Below, in pieces: positions 1 through 10,700 of a stretch of 64,000 nt of DNA (positions are counted from its first letter, which is position 1; every line of letters starts with the position of its first letter). The position numbers were made by a program, and so were the translations under genes. The stretch is taken from the NCBI GenBank assembly GCA_004431415.1, contig QPMI01000122.1, positions 62,001 to 126,000 of the forward strand. The letters run 5' to 3'. Source of the stretch: Cyanophora paradoxa CCMP329. Lineage: Eukaryota > Plantae > Glaucophyta. The notes below the pieces were generated by a model. That model was not told where the DNA came from. It was given only the letters and a program-made list of their open reading frames with translations, and ran no database searches.

Positions 1-10
1 CCGGCACCCT

Positions 11-49
11 GAAAGCTTTCATGAAAGCTTTCTGAATTCGAAAGCTTTC
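11..49. repeat. Three copies of the palindrome GAAAGCTTTC; 11-32 is a perfect 22-bp palindrome
   Basis: gaaagctttc-at-gaaagctttc-tgaattc-gaaagctttc, read directly. Confidence 0.8.
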
Positions 50-706
50 TGAAAGGATTGCTCCCATCATGGCATACAAGGAAACCTTGCCCAGCGAAAC
101 CGGAAATATTCTGTTTCAAGCAAGCGTCCAGACACAAGTCTATGCTTTCCAATGTCATCTCCAACTGCAATCTGAAAGCCCGCATGGCCCTGTTGCGCCA
201 AGTTTCAGTGGAAGAGGGGGTACAGCTCCGGAGGCGGCCAGGCGCCACCTTCGAATTCCCCAGCGGCCCCCGCCCTTCCACAATGTCATGCAACCGTTTT
301 CCCCGTATGGCATTATGCTTTGTTGCACTCTCAGAGTCTAGCTTGCTCAAATCCGTCGTTTTCCGCATGAAACTCCGTCGGAAGCCTTGAAGGCCTGCTG
401 TAGGGGGCCCCTGCATTTTTTTCCGCCGCTCGCAGCGGCTACGATGCGATATCGATCACACCTATACGAGGGCGCATGCAAAGAATCGCATCTTACAAAA
501 ATTGCTAACACAGAAAGTACGCTGCACCAATTCACCAGGGCAGCAACTTGGCAAAAGAGGGGGTACCCCCCTTGCAATCAATATCTACATTTGATTTCAT
601 GTTCAAAATCTATATCGATATCGACTATATAGCTATGCGCCAGGTTATAATAAGACGATTTTACACGTTGCAGAACGATGAATGCACCATTGCAACTAAT
701 TCAGAT

Positions 707-1568
707 CTAGAGCTTCACTTGCAAGATCTGACCAAGACTTGAAATTTGGAATGCCCGTCCTGTTTTATCGCTATTCGTGGACTGAATGCGCACGAAGAAT
801 TTTTCACTGTCGGAAATGCCGAATGTAAGGTCGTAGCTGAGCTCGCTCAACGTCTTGTCAACCAGAGCTCCGAGAAGCTGGTTGCTGATGAAGTTCAGAA
901 CCGGTCCATCAGTAATCTGCAGCCCGCCCCATCAATCAGCAGCGGCCAGGCTGCATGCATGTTTAAGGAGTGCACCTCATCCATTGGGGCGATAGTGTTG
1001 ATGGTTTCGAGAGTGTTGGCTATGGTTCCAGCCATCTGCTGGGCCGTGCTGAGATCTGCATAATGCAAAAGCATAAGCACCTGCACATTGACCTTTGTCC
1101 ATGCAGGCACGTACTTGAGCCGAGGCCAACCAGCCCCTCGAGGCGTTGCTGGCGCATCCCCAGACGCCACCAGTCGCCAATGCCGAATACGGCGTACCGC
1201 TCAGTGTGCGGCTGAATCGTCCCGTACTGCCTCTCAATCTCGACAATCTGCGCAATGCCGTTCAGGCCCCCAAATCCACCAATTGCGATCGCGCTAGCTC
1301 GAGAACAAACCTTTCCCACATCGACGAAACTCAGGACGGAAGCGAGAGGCTTCAGGATCTTGACATTGCCGATCGCTTCGAATTCCCGGACAGATCCCTC
1401 TGCCTTCAGCACGCGGTGCGTGGAGAGCCCGTTTTCCCCGCTGTAGTTCTCTTTGAACTTGAGGTGATTGACGATCCCGTTCAGCGTGAATGCGGCCTGC
1501 GATCGTGAGGATCTCAGCGTGATCCGACGTCGACGAGCCACGGTTCAAATTGCGCGGTGGCTCACCAT
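707..1568 (-). CDS. Hypothetical protein (4 exons; first coding exon is the ATG alone)
   Basis: ATG|gtgagc..cgcag|GCC GCA TTC gives MAAFTLNGIVNHLKFKENY... Two further GT-AG introns (~1059-1113, ~917-975) restore the frame to ...ITDGPVLNFISNQLLGALVDK...LGQILQVKL*. No family recognised. Confidence 0.65.
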
Positions 1569-2018
1569 GGCCAACTGAATGGCCTGAGCTGAGCTGAGCG
1601 GCGCTGAGCCGAATGGCCAACGAATTGCGGCTTAGCTGAAAGAGTCCAACAGCGTTGTCTTGTGCTTCTGGAGTGCACTGAGGGCTGCATAGTTGGACCT
1701 CCCACCGGACCTCAGCCAACTCAGTTGAACTCACCTGAGCTGGGGGTACTTGACCAGGTCAATCGACCCAGTGGGGGAACGTGAAGCTGAGGCGATGGAG
1801 AGTCTAAAGTGCGGCCAGGTGACAGTCAGCTCGAGTGGGAGCTTAAGGCCTCGGCCGCCCTGCCCGGCTACTGCGGCGTCAGCTTTCGAGGCCACCGGCG
1901 TCAGCTGAGAGTCAGCCTGAAGCCGGAAATCGGAGTACAAAGAGCACAGAGACTCGTCAGACTCTCATTTGCAAATAGTGCACGTTGAGCCATCCGCAGG
2001 CCTGAGCTCTTCGAATCC

Positions 2019-3354
2019 ATGGGGCAGAAGCAGGTGCGTGCGTCTTACTCGAAGTTTTCTCCTCCGGAGCTAATCTTACTCGCAGTCAACGGCCGCGCAG
2101 CCGGAGGTGAAAGTCGGCGGCGTGGAGGTGAGCGAGGAGGCAACAGCAAATGCCGGCGAGACACTCGCCGCTACGGGCGTCAAGGCCGACGCAGGCAAGG
2201 TCGCCGCTGACAAGGCCACCGCCGACAAGGCCACCGCCGACAACGCCACCGCCGACAAGGACGCCGCTGACAAGGACGCCGCCGACAAGGCAGCGAAAAA
2301 GCGCGTCGTGGATATCGAGACGATCGTGACGGATCAGGACGGGAAGTCGGGCTTAGAACCATTTCTGAGACATTTGTCAACATTCTTCCTGGCGCTGCAC
2401 AAGGAACACCAGCCGGGTGACACGGCGAAGATTGCCCTCGCCATGACGGGTCTTGGAGCGCTATATCGGCTGATCAAGTTGGCGCTGGACTATATCGCAA
2501 CCGGCAACAAGCTCCACAGCAGCATCGAGGCCGCTGTGGATCTTCATGGAGATGGCGCTGTAAGGGAGCATTACATGAAGGAGCTCGATCCAGTTGGGAA
2601 GTGCGTTGTTTATGATCCAATCTTTTTGTTGCTTGCCATGTCTGATCCTTTTCCGTAATCAGGGAGCTCGCTGCCATAACAAAGGATTTGCAAGCATTAT
2701 GTGCCAAGCTGAAGCAGTCATGCCAAGTGCAGAAGCTGGAGGCGATGGTGCGTTGCGATCTCGATGCGATGGAGAAGGAGATGACAAACATCCGCGAGCG
2801 ACTTGAAAAAGCGGCCAAGGACATCAGCACCCTTCGCACAAAGGTCGAGGCTCACAAACTCAGTGCCCAGCTTCGGCAGGCTGGTGTCGGAGCTAGTGCA
2901 GCTCTCGGCTTTGGAGGGGGCATCGGTTCAAGCGTTGCAATAGGTATCCTCGTCCCGGTTCCAGTTGGCCCTGCCGTGGCTGTTGCTTCCGGGTTGGTTG
3001 GAGTGTCTGTGGGCATCTACGCCTCAATCCTCGCCCATAACCTTGGCAAGGTACAATCATATATGAAATTCCGTTGGTTATTTCACTCATTCTCTTCAGC
3101 AGATTATTAATAACCTCAACAGCGTCCTGGAAGAGCTGAAAGGCCAGCAAGCTAGCCAGGTATGCCCGCCCCTTGCCACATATGCATGCTGCTTTTCACA
3201 GAGGGGAAACTCATCGCTTTTCTTGCAGGAGGAGTTGAAAGGTGCTCTGTTGAAGCTGGCGGACAAGGTTGGCGACATGAAGACGACTGGAGAGGCCTTG
3301 TTTGCGGCATTTGCGGCAGGGCAGAATGTGAGTACTCCAGCGGCTGCTGCTTGA
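2019..3354 (+). CDS. Putative N-myristoylated coiled-coil protein with a Gly/Ala/Val-rich hydrophobic hairpin (ApoL/alpha-pore-forming-toxin-like architecture)
   Basis: Splicing of 4 GT-AG introns gives MGQKQ|STAAQ..., then heptad coiled coil, then AGVGASAALGFGGGIGSSVAIGILVPVPVGPAVAVASGLVGVSVGIYASIL, then coiled coil, TGA at 3352. Confidence 0.65.
2203..2292 (+). repeat. 15-bp coding tandem repeat (ADKAT/ADKDA x ~6)
   Basis: gccgacaaggccacc-type units. Confidence 0.85.
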
Positions 3355-3859
3355 TCTGTTGAAGCTTTGTCATCATCATCCAGCTTTCATGTATCGTCGG
3401 CTTCACTCTGTAGATGTACATAACTATTGCCGTAGTGCTGACATGATGCATGAAGCGTGTTTTAGCTGTGCACGATATCTGTGTAGTACAAGATTGTTAC
3501 CTTGAATGCTAGTTCGAATTTTCTTCGATGCTGAGGTATTGCATCACGGCTTTCTGCCGTCAGGAGCCGGTACTGCTAGCTTCTGCAGCGCCTGCGCAGA
3601 GTGCTCTCATTACACCCCCACTACTTTTCATGTACCCCGTTCCGGGTCCTTCCCCCGGGCAACGCACTTGTACCCGGGCACTTGCTCTTGCTCTCAGAAT
3701 CATTGAATACTAGCTCTGCTCGCCCTAACTCGTCTGCATATAGATGCTATAGATGCAAAAATGATGAAAACGATCGCGATCGCAAGTTTCAAGATTGCGA
3801 CCCCAGAATTCGAATCCGATCATCGGATCGCGATGATCTCTAGCTATAGCTAACTATAG

Positions 3860-6703
3860 CTACCCCCTTCGGGACTGGGAGGCTGTGCGGGGCAGGGCGG
3901 CGGGGCGGACGGGGGGCAGCTTGACCCCCCCCGCGGCCGAGGCGCGCAGCTCGCGGTACGCCGCCTCGGCCTCGGCTTCGGGCGAGGCCGGCTTGGCGCC
4001 GCCCCCCGCGCCCGAGGCGGGGCGGGCCTCGGGGCCCGGGCCCGGGCCGGGGGAGGGGCCGGGGGGGCGGGGGCTGGGGCCCCGAGGTGCGCTCGAGAAC
4101 GAGCTGGCGGCGGAGGTCCTGGATGGTGCGCACCAGCGCCGCCCGCTCCTCGCACTCGTTGTGCACCGTCATCTGCAGCGCCTGCCCCGCCCCCTCAGCC
4201 GGGGACAAAGCCGGGGTCGGGGCGGGGGTGCGCCTGGATCTCGGCGTCCTTGCGGCGGACGAGCTCGGAGAGGCGGGCGAGGTGGACCTCGAGGCCCTGC
4301 ACCGCCCGCGCCGCCGCCTCCGCCTGCCCCGCCCCCGCCCCCGCCCGCGCCTCCTCCAGCGCCCCCGCAGCGCCTCCACCTCCCCCGCAGCCCCCGCGCC
4401 GCCTCCAGCTCGCCCCGCGCCGCCGCCGCCTCCTGCTCGGCGGCGGCCCGCGCGGCGCGCTCGTCGGCGAGCTCCGCCTGCAGCCGCGCCTGCGCGAGCC
4501 GGTGCCGCTCCGCCTCCGCCAGCGCCCCGTCGTCGCCTGCCGCCCCCGTGAGCCCCGCCCCGCCCGGCCCGCCCCGGCCCGGCCCGGCCCCGGGCGCACG
4601 AGCTGGAGGCGGCGCTCGGCCTCGTCGCGCTCGCGGCGGAGCTCGTCCCGCAGCTTCGCCTCCGCCTCGCCGACCTCGGCGCGGTGCAGCGAGTCCACGT
4701 CCGCCAGCTTCTTCATGAAGCTCTCCTGCAGGTCCGTCAGCTGCCCGTTGTGCGCCCGGTTCCGCTGCCCGCTGCCCCCGCCCGTCCGTCAGTCCCCCGC
4801 CAGGGTCCGGCCGGCCGGCGGGCGGGCGGAGCGGACATCTCGGCGTTAAGGGCTGCGATCTTGGCGGCGCGGGCCTGCAGCTCCGCCTCCGCCTCCTGCA
4901 GCCGCTCCCGCCCCCGCGCCTCCGCCTCCCGCCCCCGGCCCCGCTCCGCCTCCAGCGCCGCCTCGGCCGCCGCGAGGCGCTCGACCAGCTCCTTGCTGCC
5001 CTTGGCGGCCCGCAGCTGCTGCAGCTGCTCCTGCGCGGCGCGCAGCTCCTTCTGGGCCCGCCCCAGCTGCTCCGTCAGCCCCGCCGCCTCGCGCTGCAGC
5101 CGGGCCAGCTTCTCCCTGTCGTCCCCCGCCTGCCCCCGCGCCCGCCCCGCCGCCGCCTCGGCCTCCTCCAGCAGCGCCCGCAGCCGCGCCGCCTCCTTGC
5201 GCGCCGCCTCCGCCGCCTCCCCGGCCTCGCCCCGCCGCGCCGCCGCCAGCTCCGCCTCCAGCGCCCGCACGCGCCCCTCCAGCTCCCCGGCCCGCCCTCC
5301 GCCTGCCGCCGCTCCTCCCGGCCCGCCGCTGCGCGTCCGCCCGCAGCGCCTCCCTGCGCCCCCGCCGCCCTCGGCCGGAGCCGGCGCCGCGCGCCCCGGG
5401 GCCGCGCGCGCACGCTTTGTGGAGGTCGATGCGGAGGCCGTCGGCGTCGCGCTGCGCGGCGGCCGCCCGCTCCGTCTCCGCCCGCAGCTGCTTCCTGCGC
5501 CCCCGCCCGCCCTCGCCCCGCGCCCGCCTTCCCGGGGCGGGGGGCGGGGGCGGGGCCGCACCGGAGGCGCTCGCGGTCGGCGAGGAGCTCGGGGACCTCC
5601 TTGGAGCCGCGCGAGCGCTCCAGCGACTCCACGCGCCCCTGCCAGTACGCCGCCACCTCCGCCGCGTGGCCCCACAGCGCGCTCATGTCGATCGCCCCCC
5701 TGCCCGGGGGCTCGTCGGCGCGCGCCGCGCGGGGCGGGGAGGGGCCCGGGGCCGGCGGGGGTCCTCACATGTTCACGACCTCGACCTTCGTCTCCTGTAG
5801 CCCGCGCCGCAGCGTACCGCACTCCAGCTTCAGCCGCGAGAGCGCGCTCCTGCGCGCGCGTCAGCCGACGCTGGCACGGGGCCGGCGGGCGGGGCGGCGG
5901 GCGGCCGGGCGCCTGAAGCCGTGGAGCCGGCTGCGGAGGTCGGCGCGCTCGGTGGTGAGCTCGCCGATGCGCGCCTCGGCGGCCTCCGAGGCGCGCTCGT
6001 GCTGGCGGACGGCCTCGCGGAGCGCCGCCTCGCGCGCCGCGTGCACCTCCTCGACGCTCGAGAGCTGCGTCTCCAGCATCGCCGCCCGCTCCCGCCACCG
6101 CTGGAACTCCCTCCGCACGTCATCCGTCGTCCCGTTCGCGTACAGCGCCGCGTCCTCTTCCAACCTCAGCACCTGCGCACGCCGCCGCCCGCTGAGCTAA
6201 AGAAGGGCCGCGTCTGGCGGCGCTCCTGCGCCCGGGCGGAATCGCAGAGGCCGGCGTCTCTGAGACAGACACGACCTAAACGGGTGCGGCAGAGCAACGC
6301 CGAAGCCGGCAGCTAAAGAACGGGCCGGCAGCTAAGGAGCGGCTCGGACGGAGGGGGGAAGAGCGCGCAAGCGGCTGTCGATGCTCAAAGGTGCGCTGGT
6401 GCCCCGGCACAGGCTGCTGACAGCGCCGCTAGCCCAGGAGAGCAGCAGCTGAGGCTGGAAGCTGCGCACCTTCTCCTGCAGGAGCTTGACCTCCTGGTCG
6501 TGTAGGCGGCTTCTCCCGCAAACCCCACAGCCGTCCTCGCTGCCGGGGAGGTCGTACATGGGTCCCTGCCGTCTCGTTTGTCCGATACCCCCTTCCTTCG
6601 CACTCTTGTACCCGGCTTCATTGTACCGAAGCGAAGATGACAGGATGCACCGGTACCGCGCCCGCGTTTCTCGAACATCATCGCACAAGGATTCGTCCAG
6701 CAT
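3860..6703 (-). CDS. Long coiled-coil protein, LEKR1-like (multi-exon; ends approximate)
   Basis: N-terminal CGVCGRSRLHDQEVKLLQEK and C-terminal TVHNECEERAALVRTI resemble conserved LEKR1 motifs as recalled; E/R/A/L-rich heptads between them; apparent frameshift in a G/C run near 4050. Confidence 0.55.
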
Positions 6704-7720
6704 CTTCAATGGACCGTCTTCCCCCCGTTTCCGGTGCGGTCGTTGCGCTTAGTGATCGCGTGGCCCGCGCCGCCCATCGTCCGCGCTGACTCAGCTTGTT
6801 GCGCAGCACGCACAGGTTTCGCTATGCGTAAGACAGAGCGTCCGCGGGCTTCGTTCGCGCCTTGTCAGGCGCGATCGCGACTTCGCGACGGGCCACTTCG
6901 CGAACGATCGCGCGCCTCTGCGCCCTCCGATCAATCGCCTCGACCTGTGGAGCACCTCGATCGCCGCAATTGGTCCTCCTGCGGTGAGTGGCACCGCGCA
7001 CGCGGGTCTTTGGGGGGCAGTTAAGTCTAGGCCGTGATTACCCTTATCTCGTTCGGCTGAGTGCCCACCAAGCGCGACCCACAAGAGGTGTTGTGCAACC
7101 TAACTATGACGACGCAATTTTTTCACCACCCGTAGAAAATGAGCCTAGACTGCCCTCCCCGCCTCTCTCCAGTTCTCATTCCTTTGGAGCGACGTCTGAC
7201 CGCGCTCCACCGCCGCAGGTTTTGGCGCGCGCCCTTCGCTGGACCCTGACAGCGCCCGGCGGCCTGCCGAGGCTTTTCATATCGATCGCCACAAGAAGAC
7301 CACAGACAAGATCAGTTTGCGCTCGTCCGCGCTGCTAACGCTCCCTGGCCGCAGAGAGCGACTCGACCGAGATGCTTGCCCTTCGTCGTTGGATCTCTTC
7401 GAGTTAGTTGTAAGCGTAGTTCGCTTGCTAGGGCAGCTCTGTGCCCTAGGGGCTCTTCAATGACTTGTATCCGTCGAATGAAAATTGGGTTTTTCTCGTC
7501 GATTGCCGATTCTCTGCAAATTGCCGTGGGGAGGTGCAGCAGGGCGTGTACACGGTTGCGGGGCGAGCCTCGACTCTGCGAGCTCGCAGGTCGTGCGCGT
7601 GCAGTGTTCGGAAACGTGTTCCTTTGTCCGGACGACTCTTAGATTCCAAATTTTTCGAGGAGAACGCTACGTACACCTGGCGCGCTGTGCGATCCAAGTG
7701 GCCGCACGCGGGCCGGGCGG

Positions 7721-10700
7721 CTAGTCGTCGGCGTCGCGGCCCTTGCCGCCGGACTTGCCGCCGCGGGCCTTCTTGGAGGAGCGGATGCGGGCCGCCGTCT
7801 CCTGCTGGTAGCGCCGCTTGCGCCGTTCCTTGTTCGAGGCGACGTGCTTGGCCTCCTCCTTCTCGACCTCCTTGGTGCGGCGCGCGAGGCGGGCGCGGTT
7901 GGACTCCTTGCGCTTGCGGGCCTTCTCGTTGCGGATGGTGTTGATCTGCTGGATGAGGGTCGCCACCTTGCGCTCCTTGGGCTCCAGGATGCGCGCCCGC
8001 CCCACCCCGAGGCTCTCCGCCAGCGCCGGGATCCCCTCCGGCGCCTCCCGCTTCCGCTTCGCCCGGTCCATCTTCGGCTTCGCCGCGAACGGCAGCGCCG
8101 CCTGCAGCGTCTTCGGGATCTGCGCCCCCCCCCCCCGGGGCAAGCGTCGGCCACGGCAGGGCGTGGAGCGGGGGCGGCGGAAGCGGGGGCGGGGGCGGGC
8201 CCGGGCGCACGCGGAGGGGGTTGAAGCGCTTGGGCTCGCGCTCGATGGGCTTGTAGAGGGAGTCGCCCTTGAGGGGCACGGGCAGCGCGCGCTCCCGCCG
8301 CAGCTGTGCCACCGTCTTCATCGCCATCGCCTTCTGCCACGCGTCCCCCGTCGACGCCGCCGCCCCGCCCGCCGCCGCCGCCGCAGGCGCCGCGCCCTCC
8401 CCCTCGCTCTCGCTTCCCGCCGAGACGCCGGCGGCCGCCGCTGCGGGGGCCGCCTGTGCCGGGGCCGGGGCGGGCGGGGGCGCGACGAGGCGGGAGGTGA
8501 CGGGGTTGTAGAGGCGCGGGGGCTCGACGGGGGTCCACGCCCGCAGGAAGACGATGTCGGACATCTGGATCTTGTCCTCGAAGGTCGCCCGGAAGTCCCC
8601 GTCCTTGCTCTTCAGCGCCTTCTTCACCTGCCCGCGCACCCCGGAGACCGTCCGCAGCCGCGCCCCCTCGAACTTGGCCACCTGCGAGCCCGGCCGCGGC
8701 CTCAGCGCGCGTTGCAAAGGCGGCGGGAGCAGGGGCGGGGGCCGGGGGCGGGCCTCGAGGGGGGAGGTGAACATCTCGCGGATGAAGGCGGTGTTCTTGA
8801 AGACCTTGAAGGGCGTCCCCGTGAGCTTGAGCTTCTTGACGACCCTGACGCTGCGGTCCTGCTCGAGCAGGGTGCCCGTGGCGGAGACGCGGAAGCCCGG
8901 GGCCGCGTTGGAGAGGGACTGGAAGGCGACGAAGCCCGTGTTGGGGGGCGTCACCGGCCCGAAGAAGACCCCCAGGCAGTGCATGTGCTCCGGCGTGTAC
9001 TTCAGCATCCGGTGCCGCCCGTTCGTGTCCTGGATCGCGTAGATCGGCACCGACTGGAAGCGCCGCCAGCCCAGCGAGAAGATCAGCGGGTCCCGGTTCT
9101 TCAGCGTCCGCCTGCGCCGCGCCTCAAGAGGGAAGAACGGGGAAGAAGCGATGCGCGGAAGGGGGGCGCGGGGGAGGTTCGCACTTGAACCAGCGGTGGC
9201 GCTTGATGCGGGCGGTGAGGAAGCCGAAGCCGTCCTCGGCCGCGTTGAGGCCCCCGAGCACCAGCGGCAGCCGCGGGTCGAAGTGGCGGATGAGCTCGCA
9301 GGGGACCCCCGGCGCCTCGACGCGCACGTACTGCCCCGCCCGCACCCCCAGGTACTGCGCCTGCGCCCACGCGTCCTCCTCCGCAAACTCCGCCTGCGCA
9401 ACGTCCCTCAGCGGCGCGGGGCGGGCCAGGCGGGGCGGGGCGGGGCGGGGCGGGCCTTGTTGAGGGCCTCCTGTGCCTCGACGCGCTTGCGGGCGGCGTC
9501 GACGGCCGCCTCCTCCGCCGCCTCCTCCCCCGTCGCGCCCCGCCGCTTCTTCCGCTTCCCGCCCTCCTCCCCGCCCTCCCCGGGGGCACCCCCGGGGGCG
9601 TCCCGCCCCCGGTCCCCCTCGTCGTACGCCGCGTCGAACGCCTCCTTCGCCCGCGCCTTCCGCGCCCGGATCGCCTCCTGCCGCCCCCGCGCACCGTCAG
9701 CGTCACCGGGAGGGCCCGGCCTCCCCTATCCGTCCGCCCGCTCGCCCGCCCGCCCGCCCGCGCGCACCGGGTCGTCGGGGTCGCCGCCGCCGCCGCCCTC
9801 CCCGTCCTCCTCATCCCCCTCGCCCTCGTCCTCGTCGTCGTCGCCGCCGCCGCCGCCGGCCTTGGGCTTGGCCTTGCCGGGCCCGAAGGCCTGGCCCGTC
9901 TCCAGGTCCTCGAAATCCCCGTACAGCTCGTCCCCTGCCCGCCCAGCGTCGGCCCGGGCCGGGCCGGGCCGGGCCGGGCCGGGATGGGCGGGGCGGGCCG
10001 CCCGGGGTGCGCACCCTCGCTGCCGCTCTCGTCGAGCTCGGCGCCGTCGGCACCGGCCTCGCCCTCGCCCTCCTCGTCGTCCTCGCCCCGCTTGGACCAG
10101 TCGCCCGTCACGAACTTGTTCCGGATCCGCCTCCGCACCTGCCGCGCCGCGCCCGCCGCTCAGCCACCGCGCGCTCGAGCGGGCAGAGACCGGCGGGGGC
10201 TGCGGCTCGCCTCGGGGTCGTCCCAGTCGTGGAGGGCGGTGCAGCGGGCGGCCGGGCCGCGCTCCCCCGCGGCCTCCTCGCCGGCCTCCTCCTCGAGGGT
10301 CAGGTCCGCGAACCACTTGGAGCTCTCCTCCACGTCGAGGTCCCCCTCCCCCCCCCCGCCCTTCGCCGCCCGCCCCGCCCCGGCCCCCCGCTTCGCCGGC
10401 TTGAAGAACTCGTCCTCCGAGTCGCCCCCGCCCCCGCCGCCCCCGCCGCCCGCCCCGCCGCTGCGGTCGTCGGCCCCGCGGAGCAGCGGGCCGTAGATGA
10501 TGTCCATGAAGTTCGCCCGCCTGCCCCCGCCGCTTTGTTAGGCCGAGGGGGCGGGGCCGAGCGGCGCCGAGCGCCCCGCGGGGCGGACCGGCGGAAGCGC
10601 TTGGCGGCGTTGGCGGCGACCTTCTCCTTCCAGCGCACCGCCGCCTCCTCGTCGCCGCTGCCCGCCGCCTTCTCCCCCAGCAGGTCCTCTTCCCCGTCCT

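Noticed and set aside
11-55. Heat-shock element
   Set aside because: GAA-TTC spacing is 4 nt rather than the nGAAnnTTCn pattern
4030-4085. Programmed frameshift near the end of the LEKR1-like gene (similar shifts in the DCAF and Sfi1-like genes)
   Set aside because: The shifts fall in G/C homopolymer runs; sequencing error or an unrecognised intron is more parsimonious
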